Shown in pieces: positions 55,249 through 64,000 of a stretch of 64,000 nt of DNA. Below the pieces are notes generated by a model. The model ran no database searches. It was given only the letters and a program-made list of their open reading frames with translations, and was not told the origin of the DNA. Positions within the stretch are counted from its first letter, which is position 1. Every line of letters begins with the position of its first letter. The DNA lies in contig CBFFRP010000132.1 of assembly GCA_965644295.1 (NCBI GenBank), positions 218,704 through 282,703 of the forward strand, in the 5' to 3' direction. The stretch comes from Paraphysomonas bandaiensis. Taxonomy: Eukaryota > Protista > Chrysophyceae. A program made the position numbers and the translations under genes.

Positions 55249-56730
55249 TTGGGGTTTCCCATTCAACCCCCTACCCCCCAAGACATCGCTACCTTCAGGG
55301 CAGCCAAGGATGCACGAACGTGTTCAGACTTACCCGCTCCCACAGCGAGTAGGGTAGTCCGAGCGTTCGACCTAGGCAGACCTGGGTACGAAGTCCGACA
55401 GGGCATGGGAGCGAATGTTACCGCTGACTCATGTATGTACTCCTCCCCTCTATGCTTTGACCTCCATGTAGAAACGGGCACATCAGTCGATGACAAAGGC
55501 CTCCTTCGGACCGAACGCCGACATGTCCAGATATCACTTTTCCGAACGCCACGAGAACTCTTCGTGGGTCGCACCAAGGATGAGCCCTCGCTGATACCAG
55601 TGGCGGCTATATATGGGCTACATGCAGACTCAGCGCACACCAGACCTGCACATGCCTTTAGGTTACGAAACACGCTGGATATGCTTCTCCGAACGGGAGG
55701 TTTCCCCACGCCACCTCTATACGAAGTATTCTGGACTCTAACACACTATAGAGGCAAGACTCGAGCCACTGATAAAACATATAGGTTCTATCAGATTCTA
55801 TTACTCCACGATCCCATTCACGATCAGGATCTAAGAGCTAAATTCTATAAAGCACTCTTCAATAATGAAATAGGAGGACATGTCGAAATCAACCTCGGCT
55901 CACTCTGTTGTAGAATGGTCAGCACTGAAACACCCACGCAAAAGCAGTCCAACTGGACACCGTCTCAAGAACTCTTCCGCATCGCTGTCTGCTCTGAAAC
56001 ACTCCTATCTCCCATCCAAGTCTGGCAAGCCTGTGAGGCTATAGGTATCCCATCCACGGACATAGAGGACATCATTTGGACCGCCCGCAACCCACTCACA
56101 AGCGGGCGCAAAGAAAAAGAACGCTTAGTTGAACAAACCTACATTTACCTGGACGACAGGAATACCAAGATCAAACTCTGTTGGGAAATCTCACGCACAG
56201 GTATCGTGCCTTTACTGCGCAAAGCTCTGGGTGACGAAACTCTAAGGCTCCTCTATCACACCATAGCAGTCCCCCCTGGCCTCCCTACTCAGCGGTTTCT
56301 ATACGGCCTCCATAAGGCCACAGACACAGCAACAAACGCCCCTCCCATAATACCGCCTCCAACGTCCCTTCAACCCTTCGGTCCAACTGTTGCTCCACAA
56401 ATGCAGACCGATACACCGCGATCGTACACTCCCAAACGACAGCGACAGATGGACACATCCCCATCAACAGAGCCAGCACCAGCTCCCACCTGCCCAGAGC
56501 TCTGCGAAATAGCTCTACACATCGCTTCAGATCTTGTACCTCTGTCAAAAATCCATGCCATCCTCGCGCAAATGGAAAACGCGGTTGCAGCTCTCTATGA
56601 GATCGATGCTGGGGCGACTCTCACGGTACTTGATTACTATAAAAACAAGGTAGATCACAGTATCCCAGAAAGGTCCTCAGAAGAACACTCTCGGGTGGAC
56701 TCGGACATCTTCGGCTCCGACTCCAACTGA
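55249..56730 (+). CDS. Retrotransposon ORF1-position protein, no recognised domain (first in-frame ATG at 55405)
   Basis: 493-codon intronless ORF directly upstream of ORF2, with the same composition. Confidence 0.7.
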   Translation: MGFPIQPPTPQDIATFRAAKDARTCSDLPAPTASRVVRAFDLGRPGYEVRQGMGANVTADSCMYSSPLCFDLHVETGTSVDDKGLLRTERRHVQISLFRTPRELFVGRTKDEPSLIPVAAIYGLHADSAHTRPAHAFRLRNTLDMLLRTGGFPTPPLYEVFWTLTHYRGKTRATDKTYRFYQILLLHDPIHDQDLRAKFYKALFNNEIGGHVEINLGSLCCRMVSTETPTQKQSNWTPSQELFRIAVCSETLLSPIQVWQACEAIGIPSTDIEDIIWTARNPLTSGRKEKERLVEQTYIYLDDRNTKIKLCWEISRTGIVPLLRKALGDETLRLLYHTIAVPPGLPTQRFLYGLHKATDTATNAPPIIPPPTSLQPFGPTVAPQMQTDTPRSYTPKRQRQMDTSPSTEPAPAPTCPELCEIALHIASDLVPLSKIHAILAQMENAVAALYEIDAGATLTVLDYYKNKVDHSIPERSSEEHSRVDSDIFGSDSN

Positions 56731-56877
56731 CTCCTACTGGACTGGGACACAACGAACATCAAACGTACACTCATAGAAGTGTCCGCAGCTGCTCACACGT
56801 GGTTATCCCCCAGTCCACACTTACATATCCATAGTTGGCCCTCACCTGACACAACGACCTTCGCCTGTAGCACCCAC

Positions 56878-57441
56878 ATGCGTCCACCACGTAAACCGCC
56901 AGACAAACAGTCGAGATCCACCAGTGTACATCCCACGAAAAGGCACCAAGGACCGCACTTTTCCTGTGATAATAGTGGTGATGGACCACGAAAACGGCCG
57001 GCCTCGACACAACGTAAGCGAAACAACCTCCGGCGGCTCAGTCGCAAACGAACTCTGCAACAATTTCGTGAAGGAACAATCCAGTCCCTCCCTCCACACA
57101 TACAACGTCAACAGACACGAAACAAGCTCCGCATCCGTGCCCACAACAAGCAAGCATGGCGAGAGCATTTACAACACCTGGCACAACAGTGTGTAGACAC
57201 ACACAACATCGTGACCACTCCTATACCTGACACAGCACCCACAGCTGTTACAGCACCCCCCGTCCAGAAGACTCCACACATACTATTTGCCTCCCTCCGC
57301 CCACAGTGGAGGACGAACAAGAGAGAACAATCACTGACACAAGTGTACTGCCTCAACTATTTGTGCCGCACCCTCTGCCAGCTGCCTTCACGGACCCCGG
57401 ACTGCAGAATTGGTCCTTCTACTCGCCCAGCGGTCTGTTAG
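56878..57441 (+). CDS. Basic ORF (MRPPRKPPD...), probable N-terminus of ORF2 separated by a -1 frameshift
   Basis: Overlaps the long frame over 57231-57441 and shares the QGxxFSxDNSGDGP motif with it. Confidence 0.55.
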   Translation: MRPPRKPPDKQSRSTSVHPTKRHQGPHFSCDNSGDGPRKRPASTQRKRNNLRRLSRKRTLQQFREGTIQSLPPHIQRQQTRNKLRIRAHNKQAWREHLQHLAQQCVDTHNIVTTPIPDTAPTAVTAPPVQKTPHILFASLRPQWRTNKREQSLTQVYCLNYLCRTLCQLPSRTPDCRIGPSTRPAVC

Positions 57442-60400
57442 CCATTGCCATACACGAAGAGGTGGTTCACAGTGTCATGTCCATGCTACAATCGAGGCAC
57501 GCTTTAGAACGCATAGAACAGCACCTCAGATGTTCGCTTGAGGAGGGGAAAATGCTGGTTGCACGTCACTACACACACACAGAATACAACAACACACCAA
57601 TGGAGGGCTTCTGCGGACTAGCTGCTATTGCCGCAATATACCACAAACAACCGGAGGAGGACCACTACCCGTATTTAAATCCCGATGATCCAGCCTCGAA
57701 AGCAAAACTGCTCCAAGTCATTCAGACAAGCAGGACGGTACTTAGTACCTACACGCTCGCTGAAGCCAAGATGCTTAACTTTGCATGCATCCGGAAGAAG
57801 CTCCGACAGCAGCTAACAACGTACAACAAAGCACTACGCCGCAAACGACCAACTGCTGTCGGAATACCCCCAGAGCAATGGGGCTACACAGACATCATAG
57901 CCCTCCTGGCAGAAACCCTGAGTATACGAATTCGTATCTGGCAAGATTCACCAGTGGACCTTGGCCACAACTGGGCGTACTGGTCTACCCACCATTCCTC
58001 CTTCCTTCCACAAACTCAATTCCTTCCATCTTATGATGTGTTTTGCTCCAACGACCACTTCTTCCTGGACACCAAATACCCGGTGGAGTTGGAACTACAC
58101 GCGCTACTCGAGAGAATTCCTGACCTCGTCATCATGCGTCTCCAAAATGTGTTGCAATATCATTCCAAGGGAATGCAAGGAGTACATCGTGCCAGGTCCA
58201 TCAACCATCCCTCCCACGCCCTTCAGGGGAAGGAATTCTCTTCCGATAACAGCGGTGACGGACCCAGCAAATCCACCCACACATTACCCTTACCCACTAA
58301 GGATGCCACCACACCGTATGCAACTCTATTTGACTATTTCCCAGTCAAACGGAGGCCACCTACCACCAACCCTACTCAACTGAACACCATGGGAACTCCA
58401 GCATTAGCCCCAGACGGCCCATCCTCACACTCCACTACCACTCCTGACATCAGGCCGGATGCACTGCCCAAGGACATTGCCACACACCCCCGACACTACA
58501 CAGAGGGCTGGGGTCACACGCCCTTTCACTCCGATCTGCTGAACAACTGGGTTAGATATGATGAAACCCAAACCATTGCTGCCTCCCCACAGGGAAACCT
58601 TTTAAAAGAAATATATGCACACATGCTATCCCCTGCCTGTACAGACATATGGGAAGGATTCATAGCCAAGGCTTCCAGGACGGACAACTATGATCTCATG
58701 ATATCATTCACGCTACCAGAGCACAAATTGGATACCACGCACAGCGCCCTACTAGTTGCCCAGCATCTCGCGAATGGCAACAAACCCTGGGCAGACTCCA
58801 CTCATGTTGTATCTAGGCATGTGCGGACCCTTTGCCTGACAAAGGGTATTCCCTCAACAGCCACTGTTAGTCTCCGTAAGACACTCATGCAATATGAATC
58901 CTCGACTCCACACACAGGACTACATCTAGACACGGAGGATTTCCAACTGCTACTCGATCTTCTCTCCATACCATACAGACTATGGGACGCTGTTCAACCG
59001 CACCTGGCGCCTGGTTGGGCACAGCTGTCACCATTCTCCAGACAGGCACTAACAGTGCACGCTTCTACCAACACTGTGGTAACCCATGACATCATACGCA
59101 GCCAGCATGGGTTTCACATACTCAATGCAACAAATATCCCCACCTGCATCATGCACGCTCTAACACGGACTCAGGAGCGGCTATCCTGTTTTCTACAACA
59201 CCAGACCTCCAGACAGAGCACCAATATCCTCTGGACTTCTGAGCCGTCAACTGTACCACCTATGCTACATGAGCACAGAGAGCAACAGGAACAGAGGGAA
59301 GTAATTGCAGTCTCCTTGTCACCGAGAGCTCGACGTCAACTACGACAGATGAACCCCACGGACCGTCGACAACTCAGGCTCCATATGTGCGACATGAGCA
59401 GAGTCTACCGCCTCACCCTCAGACCCTCAGCCCTTCGCACACAACAACATATCCCTAGTGATGGGTACTGCGCATACAGCACACTCTATCATCTGCACAT
59501 TCTTGCTTCAAGCAGGCGACACACTCGCTCCTGTCTGAAATTAGACCTCAAACAACGCAAGGACCGTCACACGCTAGCATCTTTCATAAATACATTAGGC
59601 ACCCAAGCGTTCGACATAATGCAACGGGAGTGCATGGCCCATCACACACTTCAGCCACTACGACATAAGTTAGATCACGCACAGGCCGCACTTTTAATAC
59701 CTACCAAAACAACATACACTACGGAAGACGACATAACTCACTGGCTCTCAGTGCGAGAAGTCCACCTTTTAGCCTCTACTATCAACCCCTGCACGACGTG
59801 GGCGCAAAATGGTAATTACCTCAGCATTGTAGGCATCCCTACTGACAAAGTAGCTTATAACATCGCATGGAAGGTGGACGAACTTAGGGACGCTATTCGT
59901 GATAACTACTACCATGTCATACTACAAGATGCTCACTACTTCCTCTTAGACCCTGCCGGTCTTTCTACTGCCCTAGACAACGCCCTACTATCTCTTGAAA
60001 ACACCTTGGCCACCAGTATACTCTCAACGGCTGACCCCATCGCTCCACCTACACTCCCCGCGGACTCAATCACGAACAACAATAGGACATCAAAGATGAC
60101 CAGCACCAGAACAACCTCGTCAAGCAGCACCAAGTTAGCACGAACAAATCGACAGATTCTGCAGGCTTCAACCCCTGGAGCACTACCATCGCACAAGAAG
60201 ATGCAGTTGAAACACGCCCAAACTGCGTTGACAAGTCGATGCCAGCCAACCCGGAAAGCCAAAAAGGTCGTAAATTACGATGAAAGTGACCAACCAACGA
60301 ACCTTCACAACTCACACCCAACCACGACCACACGAACGATCAGACCAACTCCAGCACTAGATACCACCGGCTGGGACAGGGACTGGTCAAGAAAGTTCTA

Positions 60401-63400
60401 CATTGCGTACGCCGATAACACTGCCAAAGGACTATCCCTTTATGCGAAGAACACATTCCCAGCAGACGTCATCATTGCTGAGTACAAAGGCAAACGCTAT
60501 CCACTAACAAAGATGAGTCAGTCTACAAGGCGTTCTGATTACATAGTTCAAGACAGTACTGGTACCTTCGCAATAGATGGCTTTGACCAAGTCCGACAAT
60601 GTGTAACATGCGAAGCTGGGTATATTAATGACCCCCTAGCCACAAACATGGCTAATGTCAAGTTTGTCACGAAAAATAAACGCCTCTATGTCCGTACAAT
60701 ACGTTCCATTGCTAAGGATGAAGAACTTCTCATCAACTACGGACATCATTATTGGTGTGATCAACGCTGGCCACTTGAGATATTAATCCAAGCCAGGGCT
60801 GCGTACGACAGCGACATAGGCGGTGCCAATATAGCAGTATGGGACAGACTCCTTGCAGACAAGAGTGGAACTCCTACAGAGACCTCCAGCAGCATCCCCA
60901 AGGATCCCTCGGGAGCAGCCATGGGACTCCGACTCTCCACATGGAACACAAATGGCAATCCGGCATCACACACAGGTAAAGCCCAAGCTATCATCCGACA
61001 CTTTAAGCGGCAAAAATTGGACGTGCTCCTATTACAGGATGTCCGTCTAACAGAAACTCAGGCCAACTTCTTCACGCGTATCATCGAAGATGCACTCCAG
61101 GGAACAAGAATATGCCTCTTCCTCAGCAAGCAGCCAAAACTGACTTCAAGAGACCCACTAATGGGGGGTACAGTAGTCATAATCAGCGAATACTGGAAGC
61201 GCCGTCTCGCCTTCACAAAGGCTGACTTTACGGGACTTGGTTTAGTGAGCCGACTAGAGTTCAAAACGTCGGTGGCGCACACCCTAGTACTAATAAGCGT
61301 CTATCTACCCCCGAAGCCATCCACGCCAGGCACTTGCACATTATGGAGCAAATTGACCAAGCTAGGGAGAGCGTCCCGTGGTATCTGTACTGCTGACCCC
61401 TACAAGCTCCTATGCAACATCCTTACGAAATGGGTCACTAAAGCCAGAGCCAAGGACCATACTGTCATTGTCGCCGGCGACTTCAATGGCTCCATGGAGA
61501 CAAATCCTAAAGGCAGAGACATACGACCACTTGCCGACAAACTCCAACTGGCTGCACCACTCCATGAGCTTCTCCTACCCAGGAAAACATATCATACCTT
61601 CCACAGATTAGACAAAGGAATATCGCGGATCGATCATATTCTACACACGCCGTTACCTCCGAACATGTCTGTTACGGACACTGGCTGCCTTGACTCCCCC
61701 TCATTACTCGCAGCAGCCTTCGATCATCGACCGGTCTGGGTCGGTTTCACCGTACCAGTCAATCTTGACCCTCGACCACCTGAGTCGCACCTCCGAATCC
61801 CCCCCCGTCTCAATGTAAACCCGAAGGACTCCAAGGAAGTACAGGCATACACCGCAAGACTCCTCCAACTTCATGCACAACTACCACATTTAGACAACGG
61901 ATCGACTACCATACTCCCTCCTGAGGTGGCAGCCAACAGACTAGCGGCCATCCATCACATAACCCTCCAGGCTTCGCTTGAGGCGAAGCGTCCTGCATGT
62001 ACACATAGCACACGCCTACACGAACGTTGTCAGCGCACACGCTCAAAGTTCAAGAATGGCTTTTCCCCGGAAATGAGAGTAATACAGGAAGGAATGCTCA
62101 TGGTTTTGCGGATTATCCAAAAGATGTTCAATTCTGCTGGATACAAACGGCATGGATGGCGCGGCCCCCCGGCAACCACCCCCACCCACGAAATCATCAC
62201 TGCATGGTTCGCCCGATGGGACTCCTATCTCAGGAGTTCTCAGGGTCACATCAAAGGCATATCGGACATCAACTTCTGGTGCAGCCACCGCAACGCGGAC
62301 CCACGAGTAATCCTGGGTTGGAACGAAAAGCAAGCCACCAAGAAAAACCTTCTCCGAATTGCCTTGCGACTGAGAGGACTTCTTCATGGAAGAGCCAGGA
62401 CAGAAATGCGGACTAGACTCACGGCTCGCACCAAGCAGATGGAGGCACTGCTACAGCAGAAAAGACTTCAAGCAATTCTTCAGAAAATTGGTCTCAAGGT
62501 CAAAACACCACTCCGACTTACCACGGTGAAAACAACGGACGGACACATCCTCACAACGCCGCAAGACATTCATGAAGGCATTAATGCGCACTTCCGTGAA
62601 CATCATGCCAAACCTCCTGGACTTGACCCTGTAGCACAACAGCTCCAGGATGACCCTACATGGTGGAAATCACTTCTTGATCCGGGCTCAGCGACATGCC
62701 AGGAACCACTCCACCCCCGCTCGAAAATTCCTCTTCCCCTGCAACTGGGGTTACGACGGGCCCTTTGTACCAAGACCACTCCGGCCATGGCAGCCACACT
62801 CAAATCTACTCTTGCAAAAGACATCACCCAGGATGAATTCTACTGCACACTTCACTCTCTCTCCTTCAACCGCGCGCCTGGACCCTCAATGGTCTCCTCC
62901 AACATGGTCAAATCCTGGCCACCGGTAGTTCAGCGAGAGGCTTACATCCTCACCAGATCTCTCTGGAAACATAAACATGTGCCCATTTGGTGGAGAGACA
63001 GGGTAATGTCTCCCATTCTCAAGAAACCAGGAGAATCCTCCCTCACTAATCTCCGACCGATTGGTCTGCTTGAAGTCAGTAGGAAAATATTAACAAGGAT
63101 AATCACTCATAGAATTCTTACCGTATGGGAGGAACAGAAAGTTTTGCATCCGTCCCAGCATGGTTATCGCTGGAGGAACGGGACGGACACAGCGATACTA
63201 CGGGTACTCGCGGCTGCAGAAGAAGCAAGACGAAAAGGCGACCAGCATATATGTACACTCTGGGACTTCAAGAAGGCCTTCGACTCAATTGCGCCTAACC
63301 TCATGCGTCTCGCGTGGGCACGACTGGGCGTTCCGGACGATGTAGTTGACTGGTTTGGCAACTTAGATGCCGGCGGTCTAACATTTCCCTGGACACCATT

Positions 63401-64000
63401 CATGGCAAACAACATAGAGCCACGTTCTCTCCTTGACCTCCTGTCCGCAGACGGCCACTTCATTGCACTATTCAGTCTGGGTTTCGAAGCCGAAAGGGGT
63501 ATCACCCAAGGGGGCACAGAATCCACATGCGCCTGGGTGGCACTCTACGACATCCTTCTCACGTGGCTGGACATTGAACTGTCAACAACGAGTCCAACGT
63601 TACCAACTATTCAACTCACGACTCCGACTACAGGCGAAATAAAGATCTCCTTCGCGGATGATCTTAACACAATAGCTAAATCCATACACGCTGCCCAACT
63701 CATTGCCCAACAAATATCTGCGTTCTGCGTACTTTCGGGAATGGAACTCTCTATCCCCAAAGTAGTTTGCACAGTGTTTCCGATCCTACAGGATTCCAAC
63801 AAGTCCTCCGACCCCATTGGCTACATCATTCTCTACGACTGGTCATGGCGCCCACACCCAGTCCCTATCCAAACATCACTAGAGTCGATACATTACCTCG
63901 GAGCAGACCTTCCTCTCACAATCACAGACAAGGCCTCCCATGACTGGTGTCTAAAATACCTGAAAGTCGTGACCACACACCTAGGGATCAAACAGGCCTC
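57231..64000 (+). CDS. Retrotransposon ORF2 polyprotein (>2250 codons, no stop in window): OTU-like x3, SET, AP endonuclease, reverse transcriptase
   Basis: Frame opens after TGA 57228-30, first ATG 57477. OTU-like: PMEGFCGLAAI..QWG..NDHFF and PSDGYCAYSTL..HWL..DAHYF. SET ~60390-60755: KGLSLYAK, EYKG, GYINDP, RSIAKDEELLINYGHHYW. APE ~60927-61750: STWNTNG, LLLQD, AGDFNG, SRIDHIL, FDHRPV. RT ~62870-63905: APGPS, LRPIGLL, QHGY, WDFKKAFDSI, GITQGG, FADD (63651), YLG. Confidence 0.93.

Larger units (their letters stand above)
54850..64000 (+). mobile_element. Large non-LTR retrotransposon (>9 kb, continues past the window); 5' boundary approximate
   Basis: Intronless, C/A-rich; ORF1 followed by a giant ORF with APE and RT motifs. 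Confidence 0.95.

Noticed and set aside
57785-63817. Many short ORFs listed on both strands in the last 6 kb
   Set aside because: Shadows of the unlisted giant ORF2 in the third forward frame.
54850-64000. LTR retrotransposon, Penelope or endogenous virus
   Set aside because: The APE followed by a non-LTR-type RT (QG..S, FADD, YLG) identifies a LINE; no integrase, aspartic protease, GIY-YIG or capsid motifs were seen.

Overview
Gene-dense eukaryotic DNA with short (~50-150 bp) GT-AG introns; the gene set and PT-repeat surface proteins suggest a stramenopile protist (inference). The window opens with ~1.17 kb of (TATG)n. Host genes are a bacterial-type thiolase, a stand-alone degenerate PPDK nucleotide-binding domain, PLPBP/YggS, a secreted protein of unknown function, a tandemly duplicated coiled-coil gene, a C2-like unknown gene, an LRR/PT-repeat membrane protein, a dual-specificity phosphatase, XRCC4-like, Asterix/PAT10, CRAL-TRIO, a giant MORN-repeat protein, bystin, RPL31, TMF1 and POP1. 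Mobile DNA includes an hAT relic with TIRs and a near-perfect 8-bp TSD, a 5'-truncated LINE 3' end, and seven copies of a repeat sharing that LINE's apparent 3' tail. The main finding is a very large non-LTR retrotransposon (~54.9 kb to beyond the window end). Its ORF2 frame is open from 57231 to >64000 and is absent from the ORF track because it has no stop in the window. Read by eye, it encodes three tandem OTU-like cysteine-protease modules (two with Cys/His, one degenerate), a SET lysine-methyltransferase domain, an AP endonuclease and a reverse transcriptase. A repeated QGxxFSxDNSGDGP motif may be a processing site. This is a candidate retroelement carrying its own chromatin/ubiquitin-modifying enzymes. 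All domain calls come from motif recognition, not database searches.
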